In this document: one piece after another, positions 1 to 8,786 of the stretch
Numbering within the stretch: position 1 is the stretch's first letter
Layout of the letters: every line of letters begins with the position of its first letter
Assembly: GCA_964354495.1 (NCBI GenBank)
Contig: CAYHAA010000006.1
Span: 60,001-92,000, forward strand
Length of the DNA: 32,000 nucleotides
DNA from: an uncultured archaeon
GTDB taxonomy: Archaea; Asgardarchaeota; Thorarchaeia; Thorarchaeales; Thorarchaeaceae
Reading direction: 5' to 3'
Notes under the pieces: generated by a model
Told to the model about the DNA's origin: nothing
The model's database searches: none
What the model saw: the letters and a program-made list of their open reading frames with translations, nothing else
Position numbers and translations under genes: made by a program

Positions 1-7
1 AACCAAA

Positions 8-1210
8 ATGGATGTCAGATTGGACTTTGGTGTCTATGATGAGATTCCCAGTTTCGCGTACTTCGACTCAGCAAGCACAACATTGGTTCCTAAGTCATCA
101 GTGAATACAACTGCAGTTTTCCTTAGTTCGGTGGTAGTTTCTTCACGACGAGGTGCACATAGACTTGCTGTCAGGGGCAGCAATATCGTGGAAACCACCC
201 GACAAACCTTATCTCGATTTCTGGAAACCGACCCTGCTTCGATTTCATTTCAGAAATCTATACCCTCTACAGTTGCATCTTTTGTTTATGGCTACAATTG
301 GAAGGATAGCAAAAGGAACAAAATAGTCGTTGCCCAATCTGAGGAAAATTCTGTCTACGTATCTATGCTGCGTGCTGCAGAGGTACTACATCTAGATGTG
401 GAAATCGCTCCAATAGAGAATGATGGTTCTGTATCGCTCAGTTTGCTTGACAGCTTGATTGATGGAAGGACGGGAATTGTTGCAGTTAGTCATGTTATTC
501 CAGGAATCGGCACAAAGAATCCAATTTCAGAAGTTGCGGAAATCGTTCACTCGCATGATGCGCTCTTACTGACAGACTCGACACGGTCAATGGGAGTAGT
601 AGAAGACTCCCCCGTTCATCTTGGAAGTGACGTTCTCATTTTCTCCGCAAACATCGGGCTAATGGGCCCACCAGGTTTGGCACTCCAATGGATCAATCCG
701 TCTGTAGATAGGAATCATATACCAGGGATTCTTGGAGGGTCCACTGTTTCGAATGTTCATAATAAGGAGTACGAAGTTGCATTTCAGCCTGACAAATATG
801 AACCGGACTATCTCAATGTTCCTGCAATCGCTGGACTTGATACTTCAATCAATTACCTAACTGAGCTTCGCTCAAACGGTCTGATTAGACATCTTGCTCG
901 TCTTTCGAATCATATGAAAAAGCGTCTGCGCGAGATTGATGGCTTGACTCTGTATGGCGCACCCAAGAGTGGAACAACCATTTTCGGTTTCAATCTTGGC
1001 GACACCTCTCAGATCGGATGTCATGATATTGCATTATTCCTTGATGAGTCAAACATAGCAGTCAGAAGTGGCCTTGTCTGTGCACATCCTCTAATACAAT
1101 CGATGACACAGGATGGTCTCGTTCAAGTCTCTCTTCATGGGTACAACACAATTGATGATATCAATCATCTAGTTTCTACCCTAGACACGATCTCACAGCA
1201 ACTGCTGTGA
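8..1210 (+). CDS. SufS/cysteine desulfurase-fold (class V aminotransferase) protein, probably PLP-deficient
   Basis: Fold motifs YFDSASTT, RRGAHRL, D-x-L-x-FS-xxx-G-LMGPPG, RSGLVCAHP and SLHGYNT align with SufS. The SGHK lysine motif reads SANI. Confidence 0.85.
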   Translation: MDVRLDFGVYDEIPSFAYFDSASTTLVPKSSVNTTAVFLSSVVVSSRRGAHRLAVRGSNIVETTRQTLSRFLETDPASISFQKSIPSTVASFVYGYNWKDSKRNKIVVAQSEENSVYVSMLRAAEVLHLDVEIAPIENDGSVSLSLLDSLIDGRTGIVAVSHVIPGIGTKNPISEVAEIVHSHDALLLTDSTRSMGVVEDSPVHLGSDVLIFSANIGLMGPPGLALQWINPSVDRNHIPGILGGSTVSNVHNKEYEVAFQPDKYEPDYLNVPAIAGLDTSINYLTELRSNGLIRHLARLSNHMKKRLREIDGLTLYGAPKSGTTIFGFNLGDTSQIGCHDIALFLDESNIAVRSGLVCAHPLIQSMTQDGLVQVSLHGYNTIDDINHLVSTLDTISQQLL

Positions 1211-1223
1211 TTCCATCATGGTT

Positions 1224-1472
1224 TCATGCGATAGAGAAAATGGGCGGAAAGAACACAAAGTATTGAACGGTAATTGCCAAGAGTATCCCGCCCAGAACCA
1301 ATCCCTTTCCTCTCTTCGTGTTCACATCAGTAAACCAGAGAATCGCACCTATGAGTACTACGATGAATGACGAGATGTTCCCGATGAAAATCAAAAAGTC
1401 CCATATCTCTGCAAAGTAAGATGCAACCAGATTTGCAAAGTCTACAAGGGGGCTCAGAATGTAGAGAAACAT
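1224..1472 (-). CDS. 82-aa two-helix membrane protein, possibly TrbC/VirB2-like pilin
   Basis: Two hydrophobic segments flank a basic loop (IVVLIGAILWFT-DVNTKRGKG-LVLGGILLAI). GAGGA SD lies upstream of the ATG. The pilin call rests on pattern only. Confidence 0.55.
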   Translation of the reverse strand: MFLYILSPLVDFANLVASYFAEIWDFLIFIGNISSFIVVLIGAILWFTDVNTKRGKGLVLGGILLAITVQYFVFFPPIFSIA

Positions 1473-1521
1473 TAGTGCATCCTCATACAGTAGTCTACTC
1501 CTCGTTGAGGATTTAAAGTCC

Positions 1522-3348
1522 TCAAAGCACTGTTACAGACTTGGCAAGGTTACGTGGTTTATCTGGATCATATCCCTTCTTCAATGCCATATAGTAGCTG
1601 AACAACTGAAGGGGTACTACAAAGATCATTGTGGAAAACTCTGCCTCAATTTGTTCGGGAATTGTGAAGACGTGATTCGAGAGACTCGCTAATTCCTTGT
1701 CATCCTTCGAAATCACAGACACTATAGACGCACCCCTCGCCTTCATCTCCATGATGTTACCAATCATTCTGCTACGTGTTTCATCATTTGGGGCAACAAA
1801 GATTACCGGATAGTCTTCTTGTACAAGAGCAATTGGACCATGCTTTGACTCACCTGCTGAATACGCTTCGGCATGATTGTAGGCGATTTCCTTGAGTTTC
1901 AGAGCTCCTTCTTCTGCGGTTGCTATCGAAACTCCTCTGCCCAAGAATAGTAAGCTTGGTCTATCGTACATCTGACCAGCTAGTCTTCTTGCCAATTCCT
2001 CATTTCTTGAAATCGTTTCAGATACAATATCCGGTACTCTCTGCAGGAACTTACGTTTTCTTTCAATGACCGAAGCATCTACAAACCCTGTTAATTCTCC
2101 GAGACTCAATGCAAGAAGAGCCAGAGCTGCCAGCTGAACCATGAACGTCTTCGTTGCGGCCACACCTATCTCTGGTCCAGCTTGAGTCAAGATTGTGTAA
2201 TCTGCATATCGTGTTATCGAGCTACCGACAACATTTGTGATTGCAACAACTTTTGCTCCTGATTCCTTTGCATACTTTACAGCACTTATCGTGTCCGTTG
2301 TTTCCCCAGATTGGGTTATCGCTATAATACAGTCATTCTGTGTGAGTGTTCCATATACCGTATCTGGGAAATCACTTGCGAGCTCAAAGATTGGAAGTAC
2401 TCCTGCAAGGGATGCAAACATATGTCGTCCGGCCTGAGCCGCATGACCAGATGTTCCCATTGCCAACATAATCACTCTCTTAGATGAGTGGATGATTTTC
2501 GCAGCTTCTCTGATCACATCATCTCTGAGTCTGAGAGTGTTCCTTATCGCTTCAGGCTGCTCATGAATTTCTTTCAGCATGAAATGTGGATATCCGCTTT
2601 TCTCGGCCTGATCCGCGGTCCAACTTATCTTGATGCCTTCTCGTTTGACTTCACTATTGTCAGCTAATTTCTCTATCCTCACCCTGTCAGCAGTGAGACT
2701 CGCTATCTCTCCATCAAGCAGAAGAATCATATCATTTGTCATGGGTAGAAATGCCGGAATATCCGAGGAAACATACGAAGCATCCTCTTTTCGACCAATG
2801 ACTAATGGATTGCCATCCCGTGTGCAGACAATCCTACTAGTTTCTTCTTTCGTACTCATCACTACAATAGCATAGGTCCCCTCAATCCGCTTTGTTGTTT
2901 CTTTGACTGCTTGAAACAAGTTCAAGCCATCCTTCATGTAGTCCTCAATAAGATGGGGGATGACCTCTGTATCTGTTTCAGATTTCAGTTCATGTCCTTT
3001 CTCTTTCAATTCAGCTCGAAGTTTCATGAAGTTGTCAATCACACCATTATGAACGACTGAGATTTCATTGTTGCAGTCGAAGTGAGGGTGTGCGTTTAAC
3101 ATGGATGGTATTCCGTGTGTGGCCCAGCGTGTGTGTCCAATCCCTATCGATCCAGGCATGTCATCAAGATTGAGTCTTCTATGGACCTCCTCAATCTTCC
3201 CCTTTTCTTTCTTGATGTAGAGTCTTCCTGCAGATATAGTCGTTACTCCAACAGAATCATAGCCTCGGTATTCAAGTCGCTTTAGCGCTTGATGCAAGAA
3301 GGGTGCGACATCACCATGTTTCTGGACAACACCTATAATACCGCACAT
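1522..3348 (-). CDS. glmS: Glutamine--fructose-6-phosphate transaminase (isomerizing)
   Basis: N-terminal MCGIIG, RGYDS, GHTRWATHG, HNG, SQSGET, LKLKE, KHGP and C-terminal PRNLAKSVT. Confidence 0.98.
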   Translation of the reverse strand: MCGIIGVVQKHGDVAPFLHQALKRLEYRGYDSVGVTTISAGRLYIKKEKGKIEEVHRRLNLDDMPGSIGIGHTRWATHGIPSMLNAHPHFDCNNEISVVHNGVIDNFMKLRAELKEKGHELKSETDTEVIPHLIEDYMKDGLNLFQAVKETTKRIEGTYAIVVMSTKEETSRIVCTRDGNPLVIGRKEDASYVSSDIPAFLPMTNDMILLLDGEIASLTADRVRIEKLADNSEVKREGIKISWTADQAEKSGYPHFMLKEIHEQPEAIRNTLRLRDDVIREAAKIIHSSKRVIMLAMGTSGHAAQAGRHMFASLAGVLPIFELASDFPDTVYGTLTQNDCIIAITQSGETTDTISAVKYAKESGAKVVAITNVVGSSITRYADYTILTQAGPEIGVAATKTFMVQLAALALLALSLGELTGFVDASVIERKRKFLQRVPDIVSETISRNEELARRLAGQMYDRPSLLFLGRGVSIATAEEGALKLKEIAYNHAEAYSAGESKHGPIALVQEDYPVIFVAPNDETRSRMIGNIMEMKARGASIVSVISKDDKELASLSNHVFTIPEQIEAEFSTMIFVVPLQLFSYYMALKKGYDPDKPRNLAKSVTVL

Positions 3349-3431
3349 GATTAAGACTCCTCAATCAGACAATGCTTAGCTCTAGCATAATCATGCAAAA
3401 AGCGTTTGTATCCGGATAGAATCGCACTAAT

Positions 3432-3743
3432 CTATCCTGTTAACTCAATCTCGATATATACAGAGTCAGGAATTCTGACACGCATAATCTGACGAATAGC
3501 TCTTTCGTCTGCATCAATGTCGATAAGCCGCTTGTGAATTCTCATCTCCCATTTATCCCAAGACTCAGAGCCTTGGCCACAGGGTGTCTTTCGGGTTGGA
3601 ATAACCATCTTACGAGTTGGTAGTGGTATTGGACCAGCCATTCTGACACCTGTTTTTCGAGTAATTCTTCTAATCTGATTACAGACTCCATCCAGGTGTT
3701 CTGTGCTCGTACTTGACAATCGAATTCTCGCTCGTTGAGTCAT
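3432..3743 (-). CDS. rps10: 30S ribosomal protein uS10
   Basis: [35 protein letters not shown] motifs. Confidence 0.98.
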   Translation of the reverse strand: MTQRARIRLSSTSTEHLDGVCNQIRRITRKTGVRMAGPIPLPTRKMVIPTRKTPCGQGSESWDKWEMRIHKRLIDIDADERAIRQIMRVRIPDSVYIEIELTG

Positions 3744-3797
3744 GTAGAAATCACACTCGGCTTTTAGAGGTGTCAGAGGCTACGGAAAGTGAATCGG

Positions 3798-3808
3798 ATA
3801 AAAAGCTT
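3798..3808 (-). promoter_or_regulatory. Putative TATA box for rps10
   Basis: Minus strand reads AAGCTTTTTAT about 55 nt upstream of the rps10 ATG. Confidence 0.45.
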
Positions 3809-3886
3809 GTCTTGTGAATGAAACATGTCAACAAGAAAGACAATGTCCATAAGCGTAATAATCACATTTCAGGAAGTGTGGTGTAA

Positions 3887-4684
3887 TTGGAGCCTCCTGT
3901 TATCGTCAAGCTCGGTGGATCTGTAATAACACACAAAGACTCCTCGCCCCCACGTGTCAACGACGAGCATCTCAGTCGAATAGCGCGCGAATTAGCAAAT
4001 CATGATAGTCCTCTTATTGTGGTTTTAGGCGGTGGAGCTCATGGTCATCAAGCTGCACATAAACATGGATTTGGCAGTCTTAAAACTCCTTCACAACAAC
4101 TGCTAGCTGGAATTCCTGATATTCACCATAACATGTCAGTCCTGGCTCTAAGAGTCGAAGAAGAGATGAACAAGCAAGGTGTGCCTGGGGTTGTCTTCTC
4201 CCCATTCACATTTGTCACTTTACGAGATAACCACATAGAGCATTTTCCTACTGCTATCATCAAAAGAACATTGAACGCCGGCTCCTGCGTAATAATCCAT
4301 GGTGATGTCTGCTTTGATCTAAACAGGTCTGCTTCTATTCTAAGTGGAGACACAATTGCTGTACATCTTGCGGAAAAACTCCTAGCAAGAGCTGTCTTCA
4401 TTGGAACAAACGTAGATGGTGTTCTTGAAGAGAACCCGATCCGAAATCCCGCAGCTCGGTGTATACCTCTCATAGACAGTTCAAACAAAAGCCAGGTATT
4501 AGCAAACATAGGTCCTTCTTCTAGTACAGATGTGACAGGTGGTATGGCAAGAAAGATCAGTGAACTTCTTCAATTGAGTGACCAAAAAGTGGAAGTAGCA
4601 ATCTTCAACCTCCTAAGGCCAGGCCGATTAACTGCGTTGTTGTCAGGAAATCCAACTATTTGTACAAGGTTACAGTTTTCTTAG
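3887..4684 (+). CDS. ipk: Isopentenyl phosphate kinase (amino acid kinase family)
   Basis: VKLGGSVIT, GGGAHGH with the IPK-signature His, HGDV, ILSGD, TNVDGV and DVTGGM. TTG start. Confidence 0.9.
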   Translation: MEPPVIVKLGGSVITHKDSSPPRVNDEHLSRIARELANHDSPLIVVLGGGAHGHQAAHKHGFGSLKTPSQQLLAGIPDIHHNMSVLALRVEEEMNKQGVPGVVFSPFTFVTLRDNHIEHFPTAIIKRTLNAGSCVIIHGDVCFDLNRSASILSGDTIAVHLAEKLLARAVFIGTNVDGVLEENPIRNPAARCIPLIDSSNKSQVLANIGPSSSTDVTGGMARKISELLQLSDQKVEVAIFNLLRPGRLTALLSGNPTICTRLQFS

Positions 4685-7600
4685 CTAACTAGGGTGGAAA
4701 CGCTATCGTCCATAGTCCTCACTACTAGATTTCCAGGTGTCACCACACTATCCTCAAGATACTCAGACGCAGTCAGAATGCATACAACTTGATTCGACTT
4801 ACAGGTTCTACATGCAACATCACTATGAAGATTCAGCAGAGTGCTGAGCTGCTGTTGATTCGGAAAGATAACATATGACGTACTACCTGCGCACAAATCA
4901 TAGTATCCATGATCGCACGACACGTCCGAATGGTGCTTCTTTAGTTCTGCCTCAATTATGCCTGTAGCTTTCTCTTTCAACTCCTGCAATACTGAGGAAT
5001 TCACAATCCAAAGGCCTTGACCCACATCGACAAACTTGCTTTCATTGTTGATACGTAATGCGGTTAGAACCTCATCAGCAAGTAACTCGGTAAGCGCTCT
5101 TCTTCCCTCCTCAGCAATCAGTGGAGCAGATCTTCCCTTGAGGGACTGAAGAGCTGTCGTTTCAATGAAATCCAAAAGCACCTCCCATCTGACTTGGCCG
5201 TTTGATAGATCAACGAAATCCTGAATGAGTCCAAACCATAACCGAATCTGAATGGCTCTGCTAGTTGCTGGACCAATCTCATGTATTGCTTCAATCAATT
5301 CAGTTTCTTCACCAGAGTCCGCAGCGACCTTGTTCCTATTATCAGAGCCCTCAACAGGAATCGCTGCCCGGCTGAAACTCTCTATCATCGAATCAAGAGA
5401 GCTTGGAAAGGCAGAAACAACGTTCACAGCATAGAATTCTTCAGAGCTGTTAAGGACTTCTCGAAGTCTGGCCGCGGCAACACTTCCCCTTACTACAACA
5501 TACATTTCACTTATTCCATTTCCAAGAATTCCCATGTGGTGTCGTATCTTTTCCAAAATCACTTCCAAGGATGATGCTCTGAGATGTTCGGGTATGATGA
5601 CCACTGCTTTATCTTCAATAACCAAATCTGGAAAATTCGTTTGAGATTCGCGTATTGCAGAATTGTCCTTCTCTATGCCCAACCTGCTAGTCACATACTC
5701 CATTATCACACGACGAATTGCCTCCAATCCTTGTCCAGGCAATGCGTATACAAAACCGCCTGAAACAAGTGACAGGGCCTCTCGGTCGATGGACCCTAGC
5801 GTAACCAGGTTTCTAATCACCTCAGAAATATCGTCTTCCATCACTGTTGAATCATGAGTTGATAGAAGGTCGTGAATCTGCTGTTCGGTGGCCATACCCG
5901 CAGAAGCAAGATAACCGATGATGTGGCTGCCAAAGCGTCCTGCCCTATCAAAGACAATGGTCTGCGCTTCAGATTCTTGAGGCTGGAGCACCGGTCTTCT
6001 TTCGGGTTCAGAGTCCTCCGTTTCGGTGATAGTACCACCTGTCTTATTCTGTGACTCTTTCTTTGGCTCCTCTGATCGCAACTCACTCGAATCATCATGT
6101 ATCACTACGGGGTATTTGTCAATAAAGGGCTCAGTAGCAATTTCAAACGTGCCTGTGTCAGGAATCGCAACCAAGGCACGTCCGCGTTTCATGGTTCTCA
6201 GATATGACTCTTGATCTTGATTTAATGATAGAAACTTACTTCCAACTTGGCTATCATATGGCAGCCTAAATACGATCTTTGTTGCTGTGTTCGCTAGAAT
6301 GTTTGATGATATATTAGGTCTGGTTGATACTACAATGACACCTTGCCCAGTCGCACGTTGCAACAAGACCATTGATTCACCTGTAGTTACATCTGCTGAA
6401 GAGTCCTTCGAATAGATTTCAGGCACAAGATTGCTGGCTTCTTCAAGAACTACAATATGATGTAGACCTGAAACAATCCCTCTCCTCATAGAGCTATCAA
6501 AGATATGCTTGGCAATCAAGTTGTACAATAGACGGGCAGATTCCATGCCTCCTGTTCTTGCTATGTGGCTTAGGTCAAGAATCACACGTTTGTCTAACAG
6601 ACTCGAGATTCTTATCGTTCTAGAACCACCACTCAGAATCTCGCCCAAAGGTTCTTGAGAGAGAATCTGAAGCCTGTTGAGGAGAGCGTCACTTGTCATT
6701 CGTCCCAAACGATCTTCTGTGGCAAGCTCAGATACTGTTTTGACCAGCCCCTGAATGGAATTGTTGCCCTCCAACGATTCTGCTAGTCTATCTATAGACT
6801 CCCTTAGCAATCTCTCCATAGCGGGAGAGAGTTCTGAAGACTCACCCTTTTCCTTTAGAAGTTCTCTAAGCATGACGAACGTTGAGTAGGCGCAGCCTTC
6901 ATCATCTCCCATATCTGAATCCATTAAACCAATCACAAATGATTTATCAAGACCCGGTTTCAGGATTATTACATCTTCTACCCGCCCAGCAAGCCCTGAG
7001 TACTCCGTTCCTTTGATATCAAATATCCACCATGGGATATTTGTTTTCTCACTGACTTGAACAATAAGATGCTTCACAAGGGTTGTCTTTCCAGTACCTG
7101 TGGCTCCGAGAATAGCAACGTGCTCTCTCAACCACTCTGTTTTTAGTCCAGCTTTTGAGAAGGGTCGTCCTTCAAAGACAGTGTTTCCAATCTCGAGTTC
7201 GTTGCTCATAGATTCCCGCGGAGGAACTTGAAACACAGGGAGAACATTTGGACTGATAGCTGGAAGTTTTCTGATTGGAGTATTAATGAATGAAACCAGC
7301 CTGCTTACATGCATTTTCTGTTTCTTGATATGTTTCCTTGTGAGTAGTCTAACTACAGTTCTTTTCGGTAATCGCTGAGGTGAAAGGCTGATGGCATTGT
7401 TTCCGCCCCAGATAGACAATATTAGTCCACTCAAGCCATCTTGGGCGATGGCGATATCTTCCAACGACTTGCATTTGATAAGGAAATATACTGATGAATC
7501 AAACCATCCGACATTGTCTTGTATCTCTTCATACTCTGTGATGAGTTTCTTCTTCTCTGCGTAATCCTTCAATGACTCCTCTTTTCGTTTCTCCTTTGAT

Positions 7601-8481
7601 TGTATTGTTTTCCATTTTCCTTCAAGCTTCTGCTTTTCCTTGCCAGGTTTGCAAGTAGAAAAGACACAGGTCACACTGGCCGAGTAGTTCTGTTTCAATA
7701 GTGTTGATAGGAAAGTACCAATTTGAGATGATTCCAGTGATGGTTTCACTCCAGGAGTACCTTTCAATACCATCAATGACGTCGCTTTCATACTTTCCCT
7801 TGTTATCTCACTTCTTTCTGAGTCGAATCCGTCTGCAAACGAACCAACTGCATCTTGAAGTTCATCTTCTTCAAGCAATTTGATCTCCACTAGATTGAAT
7901 GATGCCAGTAGAATCGCCTCGACTCTTGTTGCCTCTCTCCTCAGGATTTCTCTGACAACATCAACTTCTTGATCTGTTGCTGTAATGTAGATTCGAAGAA
8001 ATGGGTCGCTTCTTGATACTCCTGCCTCGAACGCCATACTCACAGACTGCGTCATCCCCGCACGCATCGCTAGCAGCATAGATGTATTGTATTTTGGATG
8101 CCCACTCTCATCAGAAAAGACCGAGCCTGATACTGAAACGATCTCTAGACAACATACCCCCGTTGTCTGTTTTTCAGAGCCAAACAGCATGATTTCTTTC
8201 TCTATCGATACTGCAAAGTCTTCGTGTTCCATCTGATGCTTACTGAGAGCAATTCCACTCACGGCAGGTATTAAACAGATCAACCATTCTATGGCTGTCT
8301 TATACGGAATAACTGGGGGACTAAACATCTTATAGAGTGGCAGAATATAGATGAGAAGAAGATACAGGATTGCAGCCGCTATCCCAGCAAGCCAGACCCT
8401 ATGTAACCATAGCAGCAAATTGAGGTTACTTTGCTCTAGAGTACCTGTTTCTGACCGCTTGAATGGCAATCTGAATGACAT
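4681..8481 (-). CDS. Membrane-anchored HerA/VirB4/FtsK-like (DUF87) ATPase with C-terminal wHTH and degenerate nuclease-like region
   Basis: Two N-terminal hydrophobic helices, Walker A HVAILGATGTGKTT, IFDIKGTEY, VILDLS, Walker B IVVLEEASN, ILANTATKIVFRL and MKRGRALV. An HTH-like segment and PDLVIEDK follow the ATPase. GAGGGA SD upstream. Confidence 0.8.
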   Translation of the reverse strand: MSFRLPFKRSETGTLEQSNLNLLLWLHRVWLAGIAAAILYLLLIYILPLYKMFSPPVIPYKTAIEWLICLIPAVSGIALSKHQMEHEDFAVSIEKEIMLFGSEKQTTGVCCLEIVSVSGSVFSDESGHPKYNTSMLLAMRAGMTQSVSMAFEAGVSRSDPFLRIYITATDQEVDVVREILRREATRVEAILLASFNLVEIKLLEEDELQDAVGSFADGFDSERSEITRESMKATSLMVLKGTPGVKPSLESSQIGTFLSTLLKQNYSASVTCVFSTCKPGKEKQKLEGKWKTIQSKEKRKEESLKDYAEKKKLITEYEEIQDNVGWFDSSVYFLIKCKSLEDIAIAQDGLSGLILSIWGGNNAISLSPQRLPKRTVVRLLTRKHIKKQKMHVSRLVSFINTPIRKLPAISPNVLPVFQVPPRESMSNELEIGNTVFEGRPFSKAGLKTEWLREHVAILGATGTGKTTLVKHLIVQVSEKTNIPWWIFDIKGTEYSGLAGRVEDVIILKPGLDKSFVIGLMDSDMGDDEGCAYSTFVMLRELLKEKGESSELSPAMERLLRESIDRLAESLEGNNSIQGLVKTVSELATEDRLGRMTSDALLNRLQILSQEPLGEILSGGSRTIRISSLLDKRVILDLSHIARTGGMESARLLYNLIAKHIFDSSMRRGIVSGLHHIVVLEEASNLVPEIYSKDSSADVTTGESMVLLQRATGQGVIVVSTRPNISSNILANTATKIVFRLPYDSQVGSKFLSLNQDQESYLRTMKRGRALVAIPDTGTFEIATEPFIDKYPVVIHDDSSELRSEEPKKESQNKTGGTITETEDSEPERRPVLQPQESEAQTIVFDRAGRFGSHIIGYLASAGMATEQQIHDLLSTHDSTVMEDDISEVIRNLVTLGSIDREALSLVSGGFVYALPGQGLEAIRRVIMEYVTSRLGIEKDNSAIRESQTNFPDLVIEDKAVVIIPEHLRASSLEVILEKIRHHMGILGNGISEMYVVVRGSVAAARLREVLNSSEEFYAVNVVSAFPSSLDSMIESFSRAAIPVEGSDNRNKVAADSGEETELIEAIHEIGPATSRAIQIRLWFGLIQDFVDLSNGQVRWEVLLDFIETTALQSLKGRSAPLIAEEGRRALTELLADEVLTALRINNESKFVDVGQGLWIVNSSVLQELKEKATGIIEAELKKHHSDVSCDHGYYDLCAGSTSYVIFPNQQQLSTLLNLHSDVACRTCKSNQVVCILTASEYLEDSVVTPGNLVVRTMDDSVSTLVS

Positions 8482-8549
8482 GAACGTGTATCCCTCAGTC
8501 TATAGCTACTCTCATGAGTATCACTTCACCAAAATCGAACCATTATACC

Positions 8550-8568
8550 AGTTCTTGGCATAAGAACT
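8550..8568. repeat. 7-bp perfect inverted repeat with 5-nt spacer
   Basis: AGTTCTT-GGCAT-AAGAACT in the divergent intergenic region. Confidence 0.85.
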
Positions 8569-8583
8569 CCCCTCAACATAGAA

Positions 8584-8608
8584 TCCTACTAATCATCAAT
8601 TAGTAGGA
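8584..8608. repeat. 10-bp perfect inverted repeat with 5-nt spacer
   Basis: TCCTACTAAT-CATCA-ATTAGTAGGA. Confidence 0.9.
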
Positions 8609-8786
8609 GATTAAAAACATACAAACCCACTCAAGATAGGCTTGCATGAAGCATGTCGACTCAAATCAGTATTGGTGAATGGACATTGATAATCACGACC
8701 ACACTACACCAGTCGGCTGCAGTTGAAATTGCCTCGAGTCGAATAATCGTTTCCGAATTCCTTACCAACTCTAAGCTGGTGGCCCC

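Noticed and set aside
1522-1545. GlmS ends KSVTVL rather than KSVTVE
   Set aside because: A single terminal substitution with all catalytic motifs intact; likely ordinary divergence.
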